Notes: generated by a model not told the origin, from the letters alone. DNA of 64,000 nucleotides from Lingula anatina (GCA_051362555.1 CM120647.1:4030001-4094000); one strand, 5' to 3'; positions 12,303 through 25,904 are shown, numbered from the stretch's first letter. Translations and numbers: made by a program.

Positions 12303-12645
12303 ACAGAACACATTTTAAGTGTGCAAATGTTACATTTTGAGAACGCTTTAAACAGTGTTCTGGCGCTAGAACAGTAAGCGTTGTGAAATATAGATAACAT
12401 TTTCATGTTCTTTTTTGTGTTTTGTTTAGAACAAATTTACATGTAAATTCAGAACAAATTTTAAGTGTGCCAATGTTACATTTTGAGAACGCTTTAAACA
12501 GTGTTCTGACGCTAGAACAGTAAGCGTTGTAAAATATAGAACACATTTTTATTTTCTTTTTTTGTGTGTGTTTTGTTTAGAACACACTTACATGTAAATT
12601 TAGAACACATTTTACGTGTTCAAATGTTACTTTTTGAGAACACTA
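12303..12645. repeat. ~150-bp tandem repeat, ~2.3 copies
   Basis: AGAACACATTTTAAGTGTGCAAATGTTACATTTTGAGAAC recurs at ~12305, ~12451 and ~12602. Confidence 0.85.
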
Positions 12646-14521
12646 AGAAGTCTTATGAAGCCGACAAATATCTTCACATCAGTTCTAAAGTCATATGAAA
12701 CCGACAAATATGCTGATTACACAATATCATCTAAGTGATTACTAAATGATCGTTCTGAATACAAGTAGTAAACAAAGCTCAAAAATCGTATATTGATACT
12801 TACATGCGCATCAGCTTGACTTGCCTAAAACGTATTACAAACGATCGGATTATTGAAAGAAAGTGCCAAACTTCTAGGCTAACAACATCCTGAAATTCGC
12901 ATCAACACTAGCAACACAGGCACTTTTTATCTGTATACAGTCTAAAAATACATGTGGATCAGTGTATAAATTTAGAGGATCCGGATGTGCGTGGTTTATA
13001 TACCAACTGCGATACCAAGATAAATATATATACAAATGTGTCACAAGCCAGATCCAAAACCAGTCCACCTCAAAATAGGGATGTGGTCTGGGCCACTTAG
13101 GAAGTGAGTTAGATTGGGATCTGGCCTGTGACGTGTCAATATATATATAGTGAAAACAGTTGAAATAGCACATATAGAACGCTAGCTGGCTGGCAGGCAG
13201 GCGGCAAACATCGGAGAGGACAAGACAAACGTAAGGTATGTATGAAATCACTGGAGGTTTGAAAAATTCAGTTCAGTTGATATCAGTGTTACCATAGACA
13301 GCTTTCTGTCAAAAATCTCCCCCCACCCTTCTTTCTTGTGTTCCAGGGTAGATGGCAGGAATTGCGACGTTTATAAAAAATAAATCATCCACCCTGGGCC
13401 AAACACTAGATTCAACCCACGGTGTCGAGGCAATCCGCGATTCCCATCCCAATTCTATATATATTATATTTCAAATCGTTTCATTTACTTAAATGAAATT
13501 GCGTTACAGTTGCAAATTGCGTTTACATATTTCTGTGGTTGCAAACTACGGCTTTACAACTTTCTTGTGGAATGACTTTCCAGGCTGTGACTGGGACAAG
13601 CTAATTTAAGCTCTCATCGTTCACATGCATTAAAACCAAGTAACAGGATATCAATTAAGTGCTCGGGTGAGGCGGAAGCATTATAAGCAATATACTTGAG
13701 ACACAAGGTCACTTTGCAACATAACTTTTTCAATTAATCAATTTTTTTTCTATATATATACCATATCATAGACGAACACCAGTGAAGACAATACGTTCAT
13801 ACGGCTACAATATCCTGCAAGCCCGTTGACATCACAAATCAACCACGTTAATTAACAAGTAACCCCCCCCCCCCTGCACGCCATATTAGCAGGTTTCCAA
13901 AATAAAGACCGCAGATAATACAGAATTCCCATTTATTCATTCATACAAGTTTGTTAATATAATTGAAACGTACAGTTTACTTTGCTGGATTATACTTACA
14001 GTACAAAAACATAATATTTGAAAAAAAAAAAAAAAAACGTAGGGTCAACAAGACAGGTAGGTACTTTTGTACCATTATGCCACGAAGTCGCAGACAATAT
14101 CTTATTTGGAGATGAAGTGGCATTTTATCCTATGAAGTCGATTTGTCAGTAAAATCAAGGCAGTTACCCCATGGAGTGGTAAAATACCATGAAGTATCTT
14201 AGCACGTGTCTTTTGTGACCTCATTCAGGACAAGCTTAGTCAACCCGCTGACTACAAAAAATAAAAATAAATAATAAAAAAATCTACATCATTTCCTGGT
14301 TTGAAAATCGGAGATGAATAATGTAATGACTCTTATAATCAGCTGCAGTACTGTTGGAACACCCACTGGGAAACTTTCACTCTCTCTCTCTCTCTCTCTC
14401 CATGTGTCAACTTTTTCGCTGTTCACTTTATATGCAACGCATCCCGTACTAAAGATAATTTGGAACTGTTGACCTTAACATTATATATTCGCTATTACAG
14501 TACCATTCTATACAGAAAAGC

Positions 14522-16933
14522 ATGGCACGTGTGGAAGACCCGCCGTCGCATTCGTATTTCAACGCAGAAGTCTTAACAAAAAGAGAAAATCCAGGTAAAC
14601 ATTTAACCTTACATATATATACCAGGCGAGTTATCTGTAAATAATGAATAATGTCAGCAATATCAGGAACAATATACAGGCGATGTTTAAGTCAGTTAAA
14701 ACAGCAGTGACCCATGAATAAAATATGTTGCTTCAGTGTACGTGACCGACTAATATTAAAGCTGAGATATTAGTGCAAAGATGTTTAAGGTGACTTGTAT
14801 AATACATTCGAAACGTAGTATGGCTAGAGAGGATATGTATAATTAAAGATAAATACATTCACCCCATTTTCCATGTTATGTCAGTAATCAGATACGGTCA
14901 AAGCGGCAGCCTCCCCCCTGTGTCTCTCTCTCTCTCTCTCTCGTCAAGGTTTTTGTGTATAAATTTCATGGTAATGCCTCTAGTCGCAGCGGATATCTTA
15001 GTCTAAAGTAATTCTTATGTAGATTAGTTAATTTTACAGGCAATCACGGTTGTTTTTCCAGAAGAGCCACCCCTAACAGGGTTAACCGGTTCAGATTCGA
15101 GTAGAGAAACAGTCGAAAACTACACAAATACGGCCTATTATTTAGATACAGAGCCTTTCTACACGCCATTGGATCTCGAAACAACTCCGAATCATCCTAC
15201 GTACGACTATGTGGACCCGAGTGGATCAAACCATATTCCAACAGAGAACGAGCGGTTTCCGTCCACAAAACACAAACCGGATACTGTAGTGCGGTCGTTG
15301 ATACGGGAGAGATGTCTTCTGCGGGCTGTGGTTGTCGTCTGCTGCCTAATGATAGTAACTCTCGCTGTCGGATTCATACCTGCATCAAGTAAAACATGCA
15401 CATATACAACTCCAAATACCGAGTCTTTCTCTGTTCAAGGGAATCGATCGTATCCTAAACTTTTACCAGGTAATGTGGTTCTTGCTCCTGCCAAACATAT
15501 ATGCTTATATTGCCAGTAGGCCTACATATAAGTTTCTTTTTTTTTTCATAAGCAGCTGTAAACTCACTATAGAAATAGAAAAAATATATATATATATATA
15601 TTTGGCATCTTAATCATGACTTACTAATTTTGAAACAGGCACAGTTCTTCCATTTTGTATTAACCACAAGTTTTACGGAATCATTAAAAGTCATTGAACT
15701 TGGGGCTGTCACAAGGGAATTTACATTGGCGACAGTAATAGGTAACAGGGAACAGGTTATATGAGTTATGAATTAAGGACATACGGGTATGGAATCTGAT
15801 ATGGATATATGTTGCTGTAACTGCAACACGTGGAGCAGTGATTAGTGCGAGATGTGTTCATGTCACATGACATTCGGGTATATAGTTGAGATCCCGCCCT
15901 TACATTTTCAGTTTCAGCAACACGGGTCTCCGGGATCATATAGTTTTATGTTTTCATTAGTTTTCATAAGTTTTCATTAGTTTTAGTTCAAATCAACTCA
16001 ATTTTGTTTCTGTTCACATTCATTTATGCAGTAAAGACATTATATACTCCAAGACAGTTTTCCGAGTTGTTGTCACGGCAACAGTTGCACTTTGAGAGCA
16101 TGATACAAAATTGTCTATTCAGGTATTTCTTACCCATTCATTCAAAGCAAATACACGAAGCGCCCCCCCCCCCCCGAATTTATTCTTTGAGTAAATGTGT
16201 GGTTCGTCTCTTGGGATCAACGAGGGCCATCTAGTCATTCTGCGAGCTAGTTCTTTGAGTGGCTGGAAAGGCCAATTTGTGCTTGAAAGAATTACCTGCA
16301 GTATGGGCAATGAATTGTGGCTGCTGTTAAAGGCTTGCTGGAACTGGTTTTTCTTTTTTGGGCTGTCTTTATTTTTTGCCTTGATAATTCGGTTGGTTTC
16401 AAAGGCTTCGGCGCCATAGTGAACATCTGAAAGCCCCTGCAGTCTGTTCATTGCATACATCTCCCAGATGTCATTGCATACATCTCCCAGATGTCATCAC
16501 TTCTCAGTCAGCATTATGCCACCATCTTTGTAGACACCAGCTGTGATGGAGTCCGAGCCGGGTGGTTTGACACTGGATAGCTGGGAAATAGCTTTATGGA
16601 TCTCCTACAAAGTTGGAATATCATCCAATGTCTCATTATTTGCACCTGGGGGAGTCGGTCGATGGCATCATCATTGATGGTGGAGGGGCGGTTCAGTGCA
16701 GTGTCAAATTGTTCCTCCCACCTTTCAAGGATCTTGTCATAGAATACAGAACCATCAGCACTGGGGAGAGGGGCAAAACCAGAGGTAGTGGGATCATAGA
16801 CTTCTCTCAAGACATTGTAGAAGTCCTTCATGTCCTTGTGGTCTGCGAAGCTCTCTATCTCATCAGCTTTGGAACACAACCAGAAGTCTTGCACCTGACG
16901 TAACTTAACCTGTACTTAGTTGGGTTCTCTCTT

Positions 16934-17011
<78 letters not shown>

Positions 17012-18934
17012 TTGACTGAGACTTGGGATCCTTAACGTATGCTCTGTAGGCTTGGTTTTTGATATCTAACAGCTCCTTGATCACAGTACAGTTGTCATCA
17101 AACCAGTCTTTGTGCTTCCTAGTAGAAGGGCATAGGCATTCCATAGCAGTGTTATAAAATGTCTCATGATGCACCCCATGCTGCTTTCTCTCTCTGGTTG
17201 TCTTTTACAGTGGACTCAATGTTTTTTTCCAATGTGTCAACAAAGTTTAGCTTGATGTTGTTTAGTTTCAGCTTGTTGACATCCAGGCGTTCGGGCGCTT
17301 TCATACCTTGAGGACAAGACAGTGAGTTCAACGGTGTGCAATTCTTCTTCACTTTATTTTGATTATTATGATATATCTGGTCCGTATAGTCAATGGGGTT
17401 GGGGGGGGGGGGGGTCGAAAGAACACTTTTTTGCCGGAAATGGTTCACTTTGGGTAGAATTTTATCTAGGTTCTTGAAGGTTTCATGGTAAACCCGCATG
17501 AAAATGCAGTAGTATCGAAGTAGCAAAAAAGCATTAACGCAGTAGTGGTTTGGAGCAGAGTTTGTACAGAGAGGAGCATTAATGCAGTAGATTAGCAGCA
17601 TGATAGAAGCATGTTTCAAATATGCTAATTAGCTCCCAAATCGAAGCAGATTTGAAGCATGTTTACAGTATGATTGCAGTAGTCTACTGCGGTTTGCAGT
17701 ATGATTGCATTAGTCTACTGCGCTGGAGTATCTACTGCGTTTTGAGGCCTACCCAACTACCAGACTCGGCACCTACGGATCCAGAATAAACCGGTATATC
17801 AGACCACACTACCGGTTTTCAAGGTGTGTGTCAGATCGCATTACAGAGTATCATACCCCATCACAAATTTTGTAAGCCTACCTGTCATCCGGGTATCGCG
17901 CATCGTTTTCGTCAAGTAGGAGTCGTATGAATACAACAACATGGAAATCGGCAATCCTCGGCTCATTCCGCAAGCTCCATACTATTGTCGAGTGCGGAGA
18001 CATCGGAGTAGTTCCGAGTGACAACATGGCGACAGACGACTCACTGAATCTTGTCCAGAAAAATATTTAACCACCGACAGAATATGCTTCCGCTATCAAA
18101 ATTAGGTCTACTTTTCTAAATGAATATATAAGTTTGCATGTTCTTATTTACAAAACATCATTGGCTATGTTCGAACCTAAATTTTATGTTAAAAACTGCG
18201 GTATTGTCAGATTTTTAGCATAAACAGGGAAAATTGCAGCAGCGCATGAATCTAGATGAGATGCACTACTTTCCAACCCCGCTTTAGACCACGGTGGAAG
18301 TGAAGAACAAAAGATTCAGACGTGGTGTAAGTCGCATAACCGCACGTCTCGCATGAATGCGTTATAACCCGCTAATGGACCCGTGGTCTAAATAAGATAG
18401 ATCCCTCGTCAGCGAGGGTTATGTGACATCCACTCGTGCTTCGCACTCGTGTATGCCACATAACCCTCGCTGACTCGGGGTCTATCTATTACTAAGATCA
18501 TCGTTATCACACCGCACACCAGGCAAAATCGGTGTGGTGGCTGATACTCTGTAATGCGATTTGACACACACCTTGAAAACGGGTAGTGTGGTCTGATATA
18601 CCGTTTTATTCTGGATCCGTAGGTGCCGAGTCTGGTAGTTGGTTAGGCCTGGTTTTCTTGCGGGAAAAAGCACAGCTCCCGTTTTCAGAATAAGCTCACC
18701 CTTTTGAAATTGCTGGCTATGGGCCTGTTTATGCAATAAATATCTTCTCTCTTTCAGAATGTCCCCCCACCTTTTCCGGTGCCAACAATTCCTGCTACTT
18801 TGTCAATTCGAAAACTAGGCAAAATTGGACAGAATCTCAAGCATTTTGCCAGATGTTAGGCGCTAACTTGGTGGCCATAGAGTCCCGTGCGGAGAACGAA
18901 TTCATCATCAATATTTTGAGACTAAACAACTTCC
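14522..18934 (+). CDS. Type II transmembrane C-type lectin receptor, copy 2; exons 14522-14594, 15062-15469, 18758-18934; final CTLD exon deleted (truncated or pseudogene)
   Basis: Phase-1 GT-AG junctions give an open frame: MARVEDPPSHSYFNAE..|EEPP..YTNTAYYLDTEPFYTPL..YDYVDP..TM(AVVVVCCLMIVTLAVGFI)..|ECPPTFSGANNSCYFV..NNF. Downstream sequence jumps from intron directly to the 3'UTR homolog of 3420. Confidence 0.75.
16200..17320 (-). mobile_element. Internally deleted RTE-clade LINE fragment with a (TA)n insertion at ~16936-17009
   Basis: RKHKDWFDDN..IKELL, ILERWEEQF..LNRPSTINDDAIDRLPQ and PGSDSI..VYKDG motifs typical of RTE/BovB-like ORFs; frameshifted. Confidence 0.85.
17745..18650. repeat. 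~110-bp inverted repeat pair enclosing hairpin elements; family also at ~11430-11575 and ~56425-56530
   Basis: AGGCCTACCCAACTACCAGACTCGGCACC.. at 17745 and its reverse complement ending at 18650; internal hairpin 18401-18481 with a CACTCGTGCTTCGCACTCGTG core. Confidence 0.65.
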
Positions 18935-18969
18935 GTAAGTACCTGCGTAAAACGCCAGGCGTGGTCCAG

Positions 18970-19133
18970 TGTCACGAAACTGTGGGTCCGCGTGAAAGAA
19001 AGTCCGTCCTCCTTATAGTTACAATGGTTAGGGTTAGTCTGACCTAAGTGGGTCAAAATCTAGGGCGAGGCTCACCTGTACAAAGTAATGGGAAGCGGAC
19101 TCTCTGTCACGAGGGACTTTCTGATACATGACA
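18970..19133. mobile_element. Ginger-like non-autonomous element
   Basis: TGT..ACA termini, CCAG/CCTG flanks; absent from the paralogous intron at ~2690. Confidence 0.6.
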
Positions 19134-19269
19134 CCTGCACACAATAAACACAAAAATGATAAAAATATAAATACAATGCCGTATAACAAAGCATAAATTG
19201 AAATAAAGAAAAATTAATAAAATTAAATAGGAATACGTGAAAAAAAATGACTGAGCTCGAGTAACACGC

Positions 19270-21335
19270 GGTTACGTCACGATATTTTTTTCGTGCTTCT
19301 TAGGTCGATATTTCTTAGGTCATTCTTGTTTATCTCATTACTCGCCACAGTACTGCATTAATACTTGTAGGAAAAAGTGTAAAAGGGATGTAGTGATGTA
19401 CTGTGCTAAGTTCAGATGTAGTTGGGTTACCAAATTTATGGCGCCCCTAATTAGTATTTTTTTTCTTCTGTTTACCATTTTATAAACACTGAATTGATCC
19501 CTATGAAATATAGAATTCCTTCGTCTAAACGACCATGCTGTTTGAAACCCCTGTCACACTTATTAGGAATCAGCAGGAATCAAGCAGAACCAGCCGGAAT
19601 GACTAAATTTAAAATTTCGTACTACATTCGGGAAGAAATTCCAAATTGACCTAAATTCTCGTAAGAATGCCGTTGGAATACTCAGAATGCGCTTGAATCC
19701 GCCTGGAATGATTCGTGCACATTTCGGCTGTATTAGCTCGCAAATGCAGCTCGAATGTAGTTGGAAAATTAGGAATATCAATAATGCTGTCAGAATGCAG
19801 TCAGAATATTTAGCATACACTTCGAGTGTAGTTCGATTGCTGGCTGAAATAGGATCTAGATGCATTCAAGGTTGCATTCTGGCTCATTCTAGCAGGATTT
19901 GAAGTGTCTTGCCATTTTGGTTCTCCCTCGAATGTGATCAGAATGTTTCGAATGCCGTGAGAATATTTAGAATGCGGTCATAATGCAGTTAGAACACTAT
20001 TTAAATGCCATCCGATGAATTTTTACTTGAAATGCACTTCGAAAGTTTTTAACATGAACAAAACATTCGGGCCGGCCACAAGGATGGGTAAAACTATTTG
20101 GAATGCACTCGGAATTCTTAGAATGCTTTTCGAATATCCAGGAACGCACAAATAATTGTCTTTCCGATGGCATTCTTGCTCATTCCGCCTCTAGTGTGAT
20201 GGGGGTATTAACGCACATTTTTTAATTGTACGCACATGACTAAGCAAATACATGTATTAAATCAACTATTAATTAGCTTTATTTCCAATTTCACATTGGT
20301 GTTATGCAATAACCGATACATTCCGCATATCTCCTACATACCTGTAGTGTCAGAATCAATCATTTAATATATAAGTATATAGGTTAATTGATAATTTATC
20401 AGTTGAGGCCATTTTTATGAATGTCAAGCTCAGATGAGATGTATTACAGTGTCATTGTAACAAAAATACAGGACAAGGACTGCTGTAGGCAATAAAAATC
20501 TAATAATGTATTTTTCCTTTATTGTCCTTCACTTGAAGCATAAATCTATAATTTTTTCTGAGCTGAGTGCTAAATGTGGCTTTAATCTTTAATCGCAAAT
20601 TTTTTTCTTTGGGTTTTAATTTTAATTTTTAACCCAAATGGTGGTTACGTTCTTCAATTACTTTCATACGAAATTCACTATTTTGAGAAATACATGCTTT
20701 CTACAGGATATTTTATCCTAAAACAGCGCAATTTTGGTCAAACCAGACATTTGGAGCAAATAAAAATACTTTTCTGTCGACTACCACGAATTAAATTAGT
20801 GAAAATTTGGTTTAAAACTGTAATGATAGAGCCAGGAATTGCTAAAGGGAGGAGACTGTAAGACAACAGACGAGGACAATTGCACTATAATATGAAGGGT
20901 GCAGGGATGGAGAAATGACTTGCTCTTGTCATTATACACATGGGGTTAGGGAAAAACGCAGAAATGGTTCGTTTGAAGTCCGGGGGGGGGGGGGGGGGGG
21001 ATGAGTGAGGTGGTTGCCGAATAGCTCTCTCCGGATCAATCCTGTGTTCTAGAACATCAATGCCGTGCAGAAACCAATTGTTTAATGGAACATACTCTTT
21101 ACCAGAGGTCAGCTGAGGTCAGCAGAGGTCAACTTCTCGCACACAAAAGTGCACACAATAAGCAATATGTGTGAATAGCAACTTAAAAACAATCTGTAGC
21201 CCTGGCAGAATGTGGGTGAGACGGAAATAACTTGAGTGCACACTTGTCACATCTACTGCAATCTAGGTCACATCCACGCCTTGTTCGGGAATCTTCGATC
21301 AATCTAATCTACATACGCTGAGACACGAAATCACC
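19270..21335 (+). repeat. Direct segmental duplicate of ~3420-4440
   Basis: Collinear blocks, e.g. CCGCATATCTCCTACA..CTGTAGTGTCAGAATCAA and AACTTGAGTGCACACTTGTCACATCTAC, in both places. Confidence 0.85.
19545..20208. mobile_element. PIF/Harbinger-like non-autonomous element
   Basis: ACCCCTGTCACACT ... AGTGTGATGGGGGT ends; empty site GGTTTAACGCAC at ~3688 in the paralog. Confidence 0.7.
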
Positions 21336-21549
21336 ATGTATTATCTGTTGGTTTAATATAGCCATGAAGACGATATTTTAAGTCAACACATTTTATCATG
21401 GGACAGGCCCATAGCCAAATATTTTCAAAGGGGGGGGGGGGGGTCTTTTTTTAATGTGGACATTTTACCATGAAACTTTCGTGTACCTAGATAAAATCTC
21501 ACCCAGATGGAACCTTTTCCCGAACCCCCGAACCCCCCCCCCCCGCGAA

Positions 21550-23010
21550 TTATAATTATTATGAGAGAAGAATATCTGTTAAAGTACATGTACAATTAAC
21601 ATTCATAAGAGTTCTTTAAATGAATTACTGGACATTCAAACACACAAGAATGATATGTTAAATAATACGTTTTCAATCTCTCTCATCTGTATTAGATTTA
21701 CTTCTTCTCCACATCATTGCATGTAATTTTTGCTGTTTTGAACTGTTTCTGGTCATTTTGCATATAAACTTCCCAGTGTTATTAAATGCATTAAAATGTT
21801 CTTCAAAAAGAATCGCAAAGTAAAAAAAAAGCCCTCTCCAATGTCTATAATATGCCACTTTTAGGGTCTACCTCGAGACTTACGACGATGCAGCTATCCG
21901 CGGTCAGGTGGAATTTAATATTCTGCAATTCTTCACCAATCGACAGACCTACGGACCGTACGGAATGACCGGGCTCTCTCCTCAGGTCAATGCATCAGAG
22001 GTGGAATTTGAAACCACTCGACCTCTTCACCACGTATCTGGAGTACAGGGCACACGACATTTAAAAGGTTTGGCGTTTCATGTGGAAAAAATGTTAGTCT
22101 AATAATGACTCGGTCAACATCTGCAGTAGGACACATACTACTTTCTTTAGTTGCCTCGGCAAAAATACATCGTTTGTTCACGCGCCATTAAGTTACAAGG
22201 CGTTCGTTTTGTGAAACAATGAAAATTTGACCAAAACATGTCAATATTATCTTCATAGTTCAATATCTAATACTTCCGATAAAATGGTATATTAATTGAG
22301 TTTTTAAGCTTCATACTATTCATAATATTTTAATTGGAAATGATTGATTTGACCAAGTTCATGTTCGCCAAACTCGCACGTCGCGGTGACAACATCGTAA
22401 CTTTCATAAGTATTTGCAAACTAGTGAAGTGTGCTGGAGATTCCAAAGCCTGTATATATCAAGTGTTTAAAAGCCATTATTGTGTAGCTAAAAGTTTATT
22501 CGAATCTATCCTTGTAAACAAATGTTTCAGTTGTTTAAGTAGGAAGATCGAGTCAAATCCAAGATTTGACGTCATGCATCGACCAAGACGAGCCCAACTG
22601 AATGTTTATTTACACTTTCATCTATTTCCATTTTGGCAAATACTTGTGTTAAATATGGTCGGTAACCCTACTTTATTTTGATATATGCTACTTTCTGTAT
22701 GTTTTTATTTCCAATTCCATTTTAGGATGTAATGACTGATATTTGTACAAAAACAATATCTAAAGATTTGGTCAAAATGTTTTTCATGTGCAAGTTAAAA
22801 AATCCTTACATATATATTTATAAATGTTATTTGTGTAACATGTGACAATGATGAGATTAGTGGATTTTCTTCATATTCATTTCAGTAAAGTATTTTTAAT
22901 GAATATATATTTCTTAAAAATTCTTTATTCAACATATACATGTACATGTACAGCATACTGTAACATGTTAATCAATTAACTGGCAAGTTATAAAAGTAGA
23001 AAAAATGATA
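21550..23010 (+). repeat. Inverted segmental duplicate of ~5965-7370
   Basis: Collinear reverse-complement match across intron, last exon and downstream flank. Confidence 0.85.
21865..22102 (+). pseudogene. Orphan jacalin terminal exon
   Basis: ttttag|G VYLETYDDAAIRGQVEFNILQFFTNRQTYGPYG..GLAFHVEK; an extra A shifts the last codons; no upstream exons nearby. Confidence 0.75.
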
Positions 23011-23065
23011 TATGGTATCATTTTCTTTAAGAATAAATTGAAGGAAGAGCTTATTTTGGCATTCA

Positions 23066-24115
23066 TGTAGCAGAAATTATTGGCACATATAAAGTAGGGG
23101 GCATTCTGAAAGAGAGAAAAACGTATATTGCACATATGATATTATTTTCTCAAATAATAAATTGAAGGAGGAGCTTATTTAGGCATTTATGTACTTGCCT
23201 AAAAGAAATGGGTAGGGAATACCGTAAGAAACAGCTTTCGATCCTGCTCTCAAAGAGCACATTCAAAACAGAATGTCCGAAGATCTTCTGATCCACGGAT
23301 CAAAATATGGCGGACCCTACATGAAAGAAAGAAAGAAAAGCCGACTAATCGGCTGATGGTCAACTAGCCTCCACACGCGCTATTAAAAGGATCACGGTTG
23401 CGATGTTTCATTGTTAGACCCTGCAAGGACGGTGAGTGTGGAGGCGCGGAAAATATCAGCGGATTAGTCGGCTCTTCTTTCAATTGATCCGTGGATGAGA
23501 GGACCCTCGGATCTGCTGTTCTGAATGGCTTCAAAGTGCAATATATGCCCATAGTAGATTCTATATCCTTATGTTCAATAATTCAAAACAATTATTCAAA
23601 CTTGTTTCTGGGAATTTCTGTCGGATATCCCCTGTCCCTTTTCACTCTCGACAATGTAAATTGCCTTGTGGGAGCTCCAAGTTCAAAGACTTTTGATGAT
23701 TCCGGAAAACTTATTTCTACGTGTGTGTAGCTAGATTTGTATTTAAGGCAATATAATCGAAAACTTTCAAATTCTAAGTTTACAGCTGCTTATTGCAATT
23801 GAATAAAAACAAAAACAACAAACTTATAAGTAGGCCTACTGATAATATACGCATACGTTTGGCAGGGAAAAGAAAAAAACCCACTTGGTAAAAGTTTGTC
23901 AGACGATCGATTTGTGCATGTGTGACTTGTTACAAAGATAAATCTGAAAGCGATGGTAAGTGTCACTAGGCAGCAGACGACAACCGCAGCCCGCAGACGA
24001 CATCTCTCCCGTATCAACGACCGCACTACAGTATCCGACTTGTGCTTTGTGGACGGAAACTGCTCGTTCTGTGTTGAAATCTGGTTTGATCCATTAGGGT
24101 CCACATATATCATGT
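23066..24115 (-). pseudogene. C-type lectin receptor copy 3 (partial TM exon plus first 39 nt of the CTLD exon)
   Basis: YVDPNGSNQISTQNEQFPSTKHKSDTVVRSLIRERCRLRAAVVVCCLV.. is paralogous to 15208-15469; the CTLD exon is frameshifted and truncated at 23066. Confidence 0.85.
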
Positions 24116-25668
24116 TGGACTGCCGTTGGGCGCACTTGGAGAAACTGTTAAAGTTTGAATGAAGGATTTTTAAGAAGAAGTAACATGATAATAACAATTT
24201 AAGTTTATTTTTGTAAAAATTACACTTTTTTGGTTGATTTTGTTAAGTTAATAAATTGTTAAATTCTAAATTGTACTATTGATTTTTGCCGGCGTCAATG
24301 GGTACTCTGAACCGAAACAATATATGCATTATGTATATACTTATGTAGACCTCACCTCACTAGAATCGTCGCTTACGGTATATTATTTAGTACTAAATTC
24401 ATGCCCAAACTAGCTCCAGATAAATGAGTGGCAGGAATCGCACTTCATCGAATGTATGTGAGAGTAACTCTCGCCTATTCCAACTCCGACAGTGAACGTA
24501 GAAGGACTGGTTGAGTTGAGAGTGCATGAAAACAACTTCGGACTTTTTCGCTCTGGTAGTCGACTTCACGGAGAAAATTGAAAGAGAATTAACTTAATGA
24601 TAAGCTAACTTAATGATACCCGGTATATAAGGAGGACTTTAGTGTGCACTGTCTAATTTGATTCAACGCAAAATATGTTTTCCAAAACAGTCCTGACAGC
24701 AACTTAGAAGAGCCATTAAGGCTGTATTTTATTGTCGCAACTTTTGAAGAAGATTCGTGACAGTGAAGCGTCTTTCTGGTATGTAAAAGGTAAAAATGTG
24801 TTCCAAAATAATGCACGGTAGTAAAACAAACGTGCGCACTGAGTCAAGTTGTTTATAAATTGTCAGTGCTGTAAAGGATATTATCACCCTTCGCCAAAAA
24901 CTCCTTATAAACTGCCTGACATACAATGTATGTAACATTATTGTGAGTGAGAAATAAATCTTCAATTAACATTTTCACATATGCCATCTTACGGGTGATA
25001 TCATAATTGCGATTTTTTAGGGTAAAAACTGAAACATTGGTTTTCTTAAAATGTTCTTTTACCTAAGCACCCACGATCACCGTTTTAACGCCGATTTAAT
25101 GACACCATTTAGCATTACAAAATCATGCCAGCGATTTTCTATACAATTTTTAGTTCAGATGTTACCGTTGATTAAGCGAAATAATGTCTTGGTTTGTGCA
25201 ATTAGGGGCTCATTATTTCAAACCAGCACAAATATACATGTAGATGCATTATTAAATAGTAAGATACAGGAAAATGAAATGATCATTTTCGGAATTTGGA
25301 TGATAATAAAGGGTAACATTTTCCTTCAGGATGTCTTGGATAGTAGTGAGCTCATGAAATAATAAAAAAAAAAAAAACGCGACATACTGAAATAGAAGCA
25401 TGGGCCACATTTTGCGCAAGTAGAACGTTACAATTTAAACGAAAATGTAGTCGTGCCTTTGATGCAAGGGCACACATTTCAATTAAAACCTTTTTATGAT
25501 TATACTGTGAGCATTTTAAGTTTTTTTATTTATTTTCTAATACCTGAGGTATTTAGATATTCAAAAATTTCCGCGTAAAAAAACTTGTTCGTCATCATCA
25601 TCCTTCGCCCTAAGGCGGAATAGGAACGGCAGCAACAACACGTTTAGACCATAGTTGTTTCTCTCTTA

Positions 25669-25842
25669 GACTCCGTTCACATGAAAAATCTATTTTCTAA
25701 AAATGTATTTTCTATTCGCGGTATCTTGTGATCACTCTGAGCCTAGCCGCGGGGTATTCAGGGCACAGACCATGATCACAAGATACCGCGAATAGAAAAT
25801 ATATATTTTTTTAGAAAATAGATTTTTCATGTGAACGAAGCC
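25669..25842. mobile_element. Hairpin MITE with ~65-bp TIRs
   Basis: CGTTCACATGAAAAATCTATTTTCTAAAAA..TTCGCGGTATCTTGTGATCA and its reverse complement around a ~38-bp loop. Confidence 0.8.
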
Positions 25843-25904
25843 TATTTGTTGAAAAGATTTCATTTGTTTGCAGACCAGTTTCATTCATGATAGAACCAAA
25901 GTAA

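Noticed and set aside
2481-18934. Cis-splicing of copy 2 5' exons to the copy 1 last exon to make a full receptor
   Set aside because: Copy 1 lies upstream of copy 2, so the order is wrong, and there is no evidence for trans- or back-splicing.
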